Below, in pieces: positions 40,883 through 49,261 of a DNA stretch of 64,000 nt. The stretch is from NCBI GenBank assembly GCA_965198005.1, contig CBDAOI010000004.1, forward strand, positions 1,120,001 to 1,184,000, given 5' to 3'. The notes beneath the pieces are model-generated. The model saw only the letters and a program-made list of their open reading frames with translations, made no database searches and had not been told where the DNA came from. The position numbers were made by a program, and so were the translations under genes. Each line of letters begins with the position of its first letter. Position 1 is the first letter of the stretch. This DNA comes from Spirochaetia bacterium. Lineage in GTDB: Bacteria > Spirochaetota > Spirochaetia > SZUA-6 > Bin103.

Positions 40883-42231
40883 GCTGCCGCTTCCGCCAGG
40901 GCGGTTACCAGCCGGTCGATGGCCGCGCGCGAGTTCAACTCGGTCGCGGTCAGCAGCCAGCAGCCCTCAAGCCCGAGGTCGAACCGTCCCAGATCCAGCC
41001 CGCCGACGATGCCGTGCTCCTCCCAGAGGCGCCGGTTGATCTCCGCCGGCGGCCGCGGCGTGCGCAGTGCGAACTCGCGCAGGAACGGCCGCGAGAACCG
41101 TGGGCTGAAGCCGGGCAGCCGGCCCAGCTCGGCGGCCAGGTAGTGAGAGCGGTGGTAGCACTGGTCGGCCACCTCCCGCAGTCCGCGCGGCCCGAGGGCG
41201 GCCACGTAGATCGCGACCGCGGTGGCGATCAGCGCCTCGTTGGTGCAGATGTTGCTGGTGGCGCGTTCGCGCCGGATGTCCTGCTCGCGCGGCTTGAGGG
41301 TAAGCACGAAGCCGCGCCGGCCGGCGCCGTCGTACGCCACGCCCGCCAGCCGCCCCGGCATCTGCCGCACGTTGCGCATCGACGTGGCCAGCAGGCCGAC
41401 GTAGGGGCCGCCGTAGAACAGCGGTATGCCCAGCGGCTGCCCCTCGGCGGTGGCGATGTCCACGCCCAGCTCGCCCGGCGGACGCAGCGTGGCCAGCGCC
41501 ACCGGATCGGCGGACGCGACCGCCAGCGCGCCCGCGGCGTGGGTGATCTCGACCAGCTCCTCCAGCGGCTCGATCACCCCCAAGAAGTTCGGGTACTGGG
41601 TCAGAACGGCGGCGGTGTCGGCGTCGAGCGCTTCCTGCAGAGCGCCACGGTCGGTGGCACCGGTCTCCCGGTCGAAGGGGACGGTGACGATGCGCAGGCC
41701 GATCCCCGACAGATAGGTGGCCAGCACCTGCCGGTATTCCGGATGGACCGCCGCGCTGACCACCACCGTCCGGCGCCCCGCGCGCAGCCGCGCGGCCATC
41801 AGGGCGGCCTCGGCCAGCGCCGTGGAGCCGTCGTACAGCGACGCGTTGGCCACCTCCATCCCGAACAGGCGGGCGACCATGGTCTGAAACTCGAAGATCG
41901 TCTGCAGCGTCCCTTGGCTCACCTCCGGCTGATAAGGCGTATAAGCCGTGTACAGCTCGCTACGGAACAGGAGATGCGGCACCACCGCCGGCGTGTAGTG
42001 GTGGTAGGCGCCGGCCCCGAGGAAGCAGCTATGCGTATCCAGCGCACCGTTGGCGTCGGCATGGCGCCGGAACAGCGCCGCCACCTCCGGCTCGCTCATC
42101 CCGTCCGGCAGGTCGAGCCGCGGAAACCGCTGCGCGTGCGGCACGTCGGCGAACAACTCCTCGACCGACGCCACGCCGATGGTCTCCAGCATCGCCGCCA
42201 GCTCAGCCTCGGTGTGGGGGGTGTAGCGCAC
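40879..42231 (-). CDS. gcvPA: Glycine dehydrogenase subunit 1
   Basis: MRYTPHT, YTAYTPYQPEVSQG, NASLYDG, REQDIRRERATSNICTN. Confidence 0.95.
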   Translation of the reverse strand: MRYTPHTEAELAAMLETIGVASVEELFADVPHAQRFPRLDLPDGMSEPEVAALFRRHADANGALDTHSCFLGAGAYHHYTPAVVPHLLFRSELYTAYTPYQPEVSQGTLQTIFEFQTMVARLFGMEVANASLYDGSTALAEAALMAARLRAGRRTVVVSAAVHPEYRQVLATYLSGIGLRIVTVPFDRETGATDRGALQEALDADTAAVLTQYPNFLGVIEPLEELVEITHAAGALAVASADPVALATLRPPGELGVDIATAEGQPLGIPLFYGGPYVGLLATSMRNVRQMPGRLAGVAYDGAGRRGFVLTLKPREQDIRRERATSNICTNEALIATAVAIYVAALGPRGLREVADQCYHRSHYLAAELGRLPGFSPRFSRPFLREFALRTPRPPAEINRRLWEEHGIVGGLDLGRFDLGLEGCWLLTATELNSRAAIDRLVTALAEAAA

Positions 42232-42331
42232 GTGATCAAGCCTATTCCCACTGCCGGCAGCGAATCAACCGGCGGAGGAGGCCGGGGTCTGCCGGCGGTG
42301 TAGCTCAAACGGCCAGCCGCGAGTTCGTGGG

Positions 42332-42392
42332 GTGGTGGTGGTGATCAACCTGCTCATCGACCTGGTCTATGGTGTCCTGGACCCCAAGCTCT
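42332..42392 (+). pseudogene. dppB 3' tail fragment
   Basis: VVVINLLIDLVYGVLDPK. Confidence 0.7.
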
Positions 42393-42430
42393 ATTGCATG
42401 CACTTGCATGCATGCAGTAGTGTCGTTGGC

Positions 42431-42667
42431 ATGCGTACCACCATCGAACTACCGGACGATCTTCGCCAGCGAGTCGTGTCGGAGGCAGCCGCGCGTAGCC
42501 TCAGAGGCTACTCCCAGGTCATCGCGGACGCGCTACGCGCCTACTTCGACGGTCGACCGGATGATCGGCAGAGCGTGGTAGCCTGTGTTCGCGGCTCACT
42601 CAGTGCGCAAGCGGCAGCGGTGGAAAACCGCCGCTTGGTCGAGGTAAGGGCCAACTGGCGCACGTGA
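42431..42667 (+). CDS. RHH/CopG-like antitoxin; cognate PIN toxin reduced to MIVLDT
   Basis: MRTTIELPDDLR...GYSQVIADAL; stop overlaps GTG ATC GTC CTG GAT ACC. Confidence 0.7.
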   Translation: MRTTIELPDDLRQRVVSEAAARSLRGYSQVIADALRAYFDGRPDDRQSVVACVRGSLSAQAAAVENRRLVEVRANWRT

Positions 42668-42711
42668 TCGTCCTGGATACCAGACCGAACAGACCGAACA
42701 GACCGAACAGA

Positions 42712-43842
42712 CCGAACAGTGGTTCGTGGGGATCGATTGGGCGACCAGGCAACATCAGATCTGTGTGCTTGAGGGTGACGGCGCGGTGATCGCGGAACGG
42801 CAGGTGGACCATAGCGGCGCCGGCATCGCCGACTTGTGCGCATGGTTGCACGAGCTATCCGGCGGGCACCCGGAGCGCGTGCACGCGGGGATCGAGGTGC
42901 CGCATGGCGCGGTGGTCGAGATGCTGCTGGAGCGGGAGGTGCAGGTGTACGCGATCAATCCCAAGCAGCTGGATCGATTTCGTGATCGGTTTACGGTGGC
43001 CGGCGCCAAGGATGACCGGCGCGATGCGCGGGTGTTGGCAGACTCGCTGCGCACCGACCGACGCAGCTTTCGTCAGTTGCAGGTGCAGGCACCGCCGGTG
43101 ATCGAGTTGCGGGAATGGTCGCGCCTGACTGCCGAGTTGCAGGAGGAACGCAACGGGCTGATCAATCGCATGCGCGAGCAACTGCGCCGCTACTACCCGC
43201 AGCTGATCGAGCTGGGCGGTGACCTCGGCGCGGGCTGGGTTCCGGAGTTGTGGGAGAAGGCGCCGACGCCGGCGGAGGCAGCGCGGGTCCGGAAGGCGTC
43301 GGTCGCGGCCATCCTGAAGCGCAACCGCATCCGGCGCCATGATGCTGCCGGTGTGCTGCGCATCCTGCGGCAGCCGGCTCGACGAACTGCTGGCCGAGAT
43401 TGTGGCCGCCGACGACTCGGGTGAACCAGAAGAGCAGCGTGACGCCGTCATCCTGCGTTCGATGCCCGGTGTTGGTCGGATCGTGCTCGCCACGCTGTTC
43501 GCGGAGGCCTCACAGTTGCTGGCTGAGCGAGACTACCACAGTTTGCGGATTCTGACCGGAGTGGCGCCGGTGACCAAGCGGTCGGGGAAGAGTTGCCAGG
43601 TGAGCATGCGCCGTGCCTGCAACCAGCGGCTGAGCAACGCGATGTATCACTGGGCGCGGGTGGCGATCCAGCACGATCCGGTGAGTCGGGAGCGGTATGC
43701 GGAGTTGCGAGCGCGCGGGCAGCGCCATGGCCGGGCGCTGCGTACGGTCGCGGACCGGTTGCTCGCGGTGGCGTGCGCGATGCTGCGTGACCGCACGCAG
43801 TTTGATCCACAGCACCGGGCACCGCGACCGCTGACCGCCTGA
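42712..43842 (+). mobile_element. IS110-family transposase, frameshifted by an internal deletion at ~43375
   Basis: WFVGIDWA, GIE, KDDRRDARVLAD (DEDD RuvC) and SMPGVG, GVAPVTKRSGKS (Tnp domain). Confidence 0.85.
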
Positions 43843-44003
43843 TGGGGGAAGGTGGGCCGGGCGAGGGAAGCGTCGTCCCCGCCGCTCACGGGAGCGACCG
43901 GAGACCCGGCTGGAGGCGCGGTGAGACTGCGCGGCGCGAACCGGCACCGGTGCACGGATAATCCGAACCTGTTACGTAACGGAGCGTAACGGGAAGTAGA
44001 GCA

Positions 44004-44186
44004 GTGGCGGTAAGTAACGCGGAACGACAACGGCGCTATCGAGAGCGCCGCAAGGCAGCGCAGCCCCGGGTGCAGTACCGCAGGCCGCAAGACCGCAGGT
44101 CCCGACCGCAGCGCTGGCAGGATGCGGTAGGCACCCTGCTCGACCTCCAGGGTGAGTATGCAGCCCGCACCTCACGTCGTTCCTGA
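44004..44186 (+). pseudogene. Small mobile-element-associated protein, truncated
   Basis: SNAERQRRYR...DRRSRPQRWQDAV..L..LQ.EY. Confidence 0.45.
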
Positions 44187-44370
44187 CCTGCAAGCGCTGA
44201 TCAGTGCCGGTCTCGGATTGATGTTCAAGGTGGCACACGGGAGCCGGGTGGCGGACCGCGCGGCGTGTCAGCGGACCGCGCGGCGTGTCAGCGGTGTCAG
44301 CGGTGTCAGCGGTGGTGGGAAACGGCTTTGACGGGCACTTTGCGGGATTCCGGGGGGTACCCTGGGGTAT

Positions 44371-46286
44371 GAGCGCCAGGCTAACTGGCATATGACAGAG
44401 GGTGAAAGTCCCTTGGAACGAAGGAGCAGCCAATCCACGTTTCTCCGCGAGCCGTGCGTTGGCACCTGCGAGGGTGCAGGCGAAGCGTCGGCAGCGGTGC
44501 GTGCGGGCAGAGTTATGGAGCGCCGCAAAATACGACATCTGGAGTGCCGAGACTCTGTACTCGGTCGAAGGCAACACCGGTCGAGCCAGTATGGTGAGGA
44601 TCGACCGGGCTCCACGGCGTCGAAGAACTCAGGCACGTACGTACGTCATATACCGGGACCTGGGAGGTCTTCGGGTCGTCCCGGCGGGTCGTCGCCGGGA
44701 CCGCGGAGGGAAGGCGTGAGGCTGGACCAAAGATGAACGACCCGAAGGAGTCGGACATGGGCATAGTAGCGGCGAAGCCGGCGAACAAGGGAGCGCAAGC
44801 GACTGCGGAGACGGTGGAGCGAAGGCCCATGACCAACGGGAATTCGCAAGGTCAAAGCACGGGCCGGACGCAGAGTCGGGCAACCGTGACACAGGCGGCC
44901 GAGCGGATACGGCAATTCGTAAAGAGAGAACCGCAGGAGAAACTCACTGCGCTGCTGCACCACGTGACGCCGGAAGCGCTGCGGGTGGCCTATTACGCGC
45001 TGAAGCGTGAAGCGGCCCCGGGGGTGGACGGGATGACGTGGCGGGAGTACGAGACGGGGTTGGAAGTGCGCTTGCACGACCTGCACCGGCGAGTACACAC
45101 AGGAGCGTACCGAGCGACCCCGGTACGGCGGGTCAACATCGACAAGCCGGACGGAGGCACACGACCGCTGGGGGTGGCCGCGCTGGAGGACAAGATCGTC
45201 CAGAAGGCCGTGGTGGATGTGATCCTGACACCGATCTATGAGGAGGAATTTCTCGGGATCAGCTATGGGTTTCGACCGGGGCGCGGGGCACACGATGCGT
45301 TGGACGCACTGGCCTACGCCATCGAACGGCGCGAAGTGAACTGGATATTGGACGCGGACATTCGCGCCTACTTCGACACGATCTCGCGGGACTGGTTGAT
45401 CAGATTCCTGGAGCATCGGATTGGAGATCGGCGGGTGCTGCGGCTGATAAAGAAGTGGCTGCGCGCTGGGGTACTGGAAGAAGGCCGACAGATCGACGCG
45501 GGGCGGGGTACAGCGCAAGGGTCGGTGATTTCACCGATGCTCGCGAATATATACTTGCACTACGTGTTGGACCTGTGGGTCACCAAGAAGTGGCGGCCGC
45601 AGGAGGCGCGCGGAGACATGATCATAGTGCGCTACGCAGATGACTATGTCGCCGGGTTCGAGCATCGTGACGATGCGGAACGCTTCCTGCGGGAACTGAA
45701 GGAGCGATTCAGAGGCTTCGAGCTGGAACTGAACGCCGACAAGACCCGACTCCTCGAGTTTGGACGGTATGCCGAAAGGAACCGCCGAGCACGTGGGGAA
45801 GGGCGACCGGAGACGTTCGACTTTCTGGGTTTCACGCATTATTGCAGGAAGGACAGGAAAGGACGCTTCGGGCTGGGGCGGAAGCCAATTCGGAAGCGGA
45901 TGAATCGTACGCTGAAGAGGATCAAGATCGAGCTCCGCAGACGAATGCATGATGACGTGATGGAAACCGGGCGCTGGCTGGGACGGGTACTGCGCGGATG
46001 GCTCAACTACTACGCGGTACCCACCAGCTACCGCTATCTGCACCGATTCGTGTGGCGTCTGCGAGGAATCTGGGTAAAGATTCTACGCCGGAGGTCCCAG
46101 AAGGACCGATTCTCCTGGGCTTGGATGCTGGCGATCAGCATCAAGCTGTGGCCCCAACCCCGAATCGTACACTCATGGCCGGACCGGCGATTTGCCGTCA
46201 ACCACCGAAGGTAGGAGCCGGATGGTTTAACGACCACGTCCGGATCTGTGCGGGGGGCGCCGGGTAACCGGCGTTCCTACCGCGAC
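44371..46286 (+). mobile_element. Group II intron (bacterial class E-like)
   Basis: Domain V gAGCcggatg..cacgtccggatc at 46215, domain VI ending cctaccgcgAC; 5' end inferred at GAGCG. Confidence 0.8.
44733..46214 (+). CDS. ltrA: Group II intron reverse transcriptase/maturase (no endonuclease domain)
   Basis: APGVDG, RPLG, SYGFRPGR, DADIRAYFD, QGSVISP, RYADD, FDFLGF, GWLNYY. Confidence 0.95.
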   Translation: MNDPKESDMGIVAAKPANKGAQATAETVERRPMTNGNSQGQSTGRTQSRATVTQAAERIRQFVKREPQEKLTALLHHVTPEALRVAYYALKREAAPGVDGMTWREYETGLEVRLHDLHRRVHTGAYRATPVRRVNIDKPDGGTRPLGVAALEDKIVQKAVVDVILTPIYEEEFLGISYGFRPGRGAHDALDALAYAIERREVNWILDADIRAYFDTISRDWLIRFLEHRIGDRRVLRLIKKWLRAGVLEEGRQIDAGRGTAQGSVISPMLANIYLHYVLDLWVTKKWRPQEARGDMIIVRYADDYVAGFEHRDDAERFLRELKERFRGFELELNADKTRLLEFGRYAERNRRARGEGRPETFDFLGFTHYCRKDRKGRFGLGRKPIRKRMNRTLKRIKIELRRRMHDDVMETGRWLGRVLRGWLNYYAVPTSYRYLHRFVWRLRGIWVKILRRRSQKDRFSWAWMLAISIKLWPQPRIVHSWPDRRFAVNHRR

Positions 46287-46542
46287 CTCCCTGGGTTTGG
46301 AAGGCCATCAGGGGGCCGCTATGAGGCCGCGAGCGGCCCGCTGCCGGCCAATCGGCCGTGAATGCCGGCCCTGAAGGGGTCCGAGTGCCGAGATCGTCGC
46401 CGCGGCGGCGCTCGTGCTGCCGCTCCTGTCCGAGCAGCCTCGAGCGCCGCGACGGCCGCAGCAACGGCCCCTGCCCCCGCGCGCGGCGACTGACGGAGCG
46501 GCGGCTTGACGCTCTCGAGGAGGTCTGCCGTCGCTAGAACCG

Positions 46543-46725
46543 ATCACCGTCAACATCGTGGTGGCGGTGCTGATAGGCGGCATCTCGGGATTCTTCGGCG
46601 GTAGACTGGACTTGGCGGTGCAGAGATTCGGCGACGCCTGGATGGCGTTTCCGGGGCTGCTGCCGTTGCTCACGACAATGTCGCTGGTGGGGCGGGGTTT
46701 GCCGCCGATCATCGTGGTGCTGGCC
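46543..46725 (+). pseudogene. dppC internal fragment
   Basis: VVAVLIGGISGFFGGRLDLAVQRF.DAWMAFPGLL. Confidence 0.8.
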
Positions 46726-46860
46726 TGCCCCTCCGACAAGGATTTCGGAGACTCGGACCAGATGTTTCTGCAACACGGCAGTCGAGTGCCGGACGCCGAC
46801 GTGCACCTGTTAGCGTTAGCAGTTAACGTAGCACGCTCGATCTTCAACGCACAGCCCAGA

Positions 46861-47259
46861 TTACCTGGGAGGGGTCAGGAACGCGCACCGGCAGCCCGAG
46901 GCCCGGGAGAGACGGAGGTCGACGGTCGCGAGTTCGAAACCCAGTGCCTCCGCCAGGGCTACGTACCAAGCGTCGTAGGCGGTCACGTTCCCGCGCAGCT
47001 CCCAGATCCGTTGCGCAAAGGGGGCGTAGGGAAACAGCGCAACGCCCAGTCCGAGCAGGTCGGCATGCGCCAACGTGGCCACGTCCTGCGAGATATCCCC
47101 GGCGAGGGCTGCTCGTCGCAGGATGTTGGTAGCTTCGACCGGCATCAGGTGCGGCGCCGCCAAGTTAGTGCCGACCAGCAACTCCTGTGCCCACCTGCCA
47201 TCCTCGGCGTCGTCAGCCAAGGCCGCCACGACGAACCCGGCGTCCACCACAAGGCTCAT
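46861..47259 (-). CDS. vapC: VapC PIN toxin
   Basis: LVVDAG, APHL..VE, IWELRGNVTAYDAWYVALAEAL. Confidence 0.9.
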   Translation of the reverse strand: MSLVVDAGFVVAALADDAEDGRWAQELLVGTNLAAPHLMPVEATNILRRAALAGDISQDVATLAHADLLGLGVALFPYAPFAQRIWELRGNVTAYDAWYVALAEALGFELATVDLRLSRASGCRCAFLTPPR

Positions 47260-47492
47260 CTTCGGTCGGCGTCGCGGTGACGGAGGATCGTCTCCGCCGG
47301 TAGGCGGCTTCCGGTACGCTGCTTGCGTTCCCGAACACGCGCCACGAGCACCTCCGGGTCGGGGCGTCCGGCCAGCGCGATGAGCTGCATTCGCAGGTAC
47401 TCCTGGAGTGACCGGCCGGTTGCCGCCGCCCTGGATGCCAACTCCTGGCAGGCGTCGTCCGGCACGTCACGAATCGTAACCGATCTCGCCAT
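47256..47492 (-). CDS. FitA-like RHH antitoxin
   Basis: VTIRDVPD...LASRAAATGRSLQEYL. Confidence 0.85.
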   Translation of the reverse strand: MARSVTIRDVPDDACQELASRAAATGRSLQEYLRMQLIALAGRPDPEVLVARVRERKQRTGSRLPAETILRHRDADRR

Positions 47493-47533
47493 GCCGCCAA
47501 TATGCACGATCTGAGCCACATCTACCATCATCG

Positions 47534-47805
47534 CTACACCCTTTCTATCCAGAGGGTGACCGCGAGCTGCCCGACCAATACTCCAATCCTGGCGTCGTGG
47601 TGCACCGGCGTTACCGGATGAAGTTCACCGGCATTTTCGCCAGCGAGTGGGCCCAGCGCCCTGTTCGCGACGAGCCCGGAGGCGAGTGGCTTGCTGCCGA
47701 GGCCTCCATCGGCGACCTGGCACACCAGAGGTAGTTTCTTGGAATTGTACGGTCTCGGACCGGTTGCTAGCGGTGGTGTGCGCGATGCTGCGCGATCGAA
47801 CCCCG
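47534..47805 (+). mobile_element. Possible internally deleted IS110 (noncoding end plus transposase tail)
   Basis: 47753-47800 (DRLLAVVCAMLRDRT) matches 43747-43798; preceded by ~215 nt without a recognisable gene. Confidence 0.45.
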
Positions 47806-47869
47806 TGCCAACGTGAGCGTGCGCGGACGCGCGCGCATCCCGCCGGGACGTCGCGCAGCCGTCACGAAC

Positions 47870-48155
47870 CGCCGGCCGGTGGCGGTTCCCACAACACGTC
47901 GAGCGCCGCCGCCAAGTCGAGTGACTCTCCATACCAGTCCAGCGTCGCCGTATGCGGGCCGATCGTGATCCCCGCCTGTCGCAGCCGCGCCTCGGTCGGC
48001 TCCAGCGGCGCCCCTTGCCAGCGAGGCGCCACCGCCACCGCCGGCAACGGCGCACCATCCGGCCGCCGGAACTCAAACTCCCCGTCCGCGCCAGAGACCA
48101 CCTGAAACCCCTCCTCGTGCACCGCCCGGTGGTGGTAGCGACAGAGCAAAACTAA
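47870..48155 (-). pseudogene. HNH endonuclease (DUF222-type) C-terminal fragment
   Basis: [17 protein letters not shown]...F.RPDG...WYGESLDL. Confidence 0.7.
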
Positions 48156-48184
48156 TGCGGTGCACCGCATTAGTCCTCTTCTGG

Positions 48185-48760
48185 GGTCCGGCAGCAGTCC
48201 GGCCCCGGGCTGCGCGGCGACCGCCGGCGCGCCGGGCGCGGGCGCCGTCCGGGGTTCGCGGGTACCGGCAGGCGCGGGCGCGCCGCCGCTGCTGGACGCG
48301 GGCACCGTGGGGCGTGGTGGGCCGGCTCCGGCCGGGGCGGGCATCCCGCCGCCGCTGCCGCCGGCAGAATGCCGGACACCGGATGTCCTGCTCGCGCGGC
48401 TTGAGGGTAAGCACGAAGCCGCGCCGGCCGGCGCCGTCGTACGCCACGCCCGCCAGCCGCCCCGGCATCTGCCGCACGTTGCGCGATCACCCCCAAGAAG
48501 TTCGGGTACTGGGTCAGAACGGCGGCGGTGTCGGCGTCGAGCGCTTCCTGCAGAGCGCCACGGTCGGTGCCGCCGCGCTGACCACCACCGTCCGGCGCCC
48601 CGCGCGCAGCCGCGCGGCCATCAGGGCGGCCTCGGCCAGCGCCGTGGAGCCGTCGTACAGCGACGCGTTGGCCACCTCCATCCCGAACAGGCGGGCGACC
48701 ATTGATCGAGCCTATTCCCACTGCCGGCAGCGAATCAACCGGCGGAGGAGGCCGGGGTCT
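48185..48760 (-). pseudogene. Telescoped duplicate of gcvPA/gcvPB region 40684-42290
   Basis: Five collinear near-identical blocks separated by four deletions. Confidence 0.9.
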
Positions 48761-48761
48761 C

Positions 48762-48820
48762 TTCGGCGACGCGGTGCGCGACCTGCTGGATCCGAGGCTC
48801 AGGGGTGGCGGCGGGCGTTT
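48762..48820 (+). pseudogene. dppC 3' tail fragment
   Basis: FGDAVRDLLDPRLRGGGGR. Confidence 0.75.
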
Positions 48821-48877
48821 CGGCGGTCGATAGCCGAATAAGAGCGATGACCGGCGCCGGGCGGCGGTTTTGGGGCG

Positions 48878-49261
48878 CTATTGCAGGAGCCGGCGGTAGG
48901 CGGCGGCGTCGAGCAGCGCGGGACGTTCGTCCGACAGGCGGGTGGGATTGAGCTTGATCAGCCAGCCGGCGTCGTAGGGGGCTTCGTTGACCTGTTGCGG
49001 CGCGGACTCCAGGGCGGTGTTCACCGCGGTGACGGCGCCGCTGACCGGCGCGTACAGGTCGCTGGCCGCCTTGACGCTTTCGATCACACCGAACGATTCG
49101 CCCTTGGTGACCTCCGCTCCCAGCGCCGGCAACTCCAGATAGACGATGTCGCCCAGCTCGGCCTGGGCGTGATCGGTGATGCCGACGGTCACCGTGCCGT
49201 CCGGTTCCTCGCGCAGCCATTCGTGCGCGGCGGTGTAACGCAGCTCTGCCGGAATGCTCAT
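48878..49261 (-). CDS. gcvH: Glycine cleavage H protein
   Basis: HEW, GITDHAQAELGDIVY, IESVKAASD (lipoyl Lys). Confidence 0.95.
   Translation of the reverse strand: MSIPAELRYTAAHEWLREEPDGTVTVGITDHAQAELGDIVYLELPALGAEVTKGESFGVIESVKAASDLYAPVSGAVTAVNTALESAPQQVNEAPYDAGWLIKLNPTRLSDERPALLDAAAYRRLLQ

Noticed and set aside
44733-46214. Retron or DGR reverse transcriptase
   Set aside because: Maturase domain and intron domains V/VI are present; no TR/VR pair with adenine-specific mismatches.
11600-47500. Integron cassette array
   Set aside because: Same-strand TA pairs are suggestive, but no IntI and no consistent attC (RYYYAAC...GTTRRRY) sites were found.
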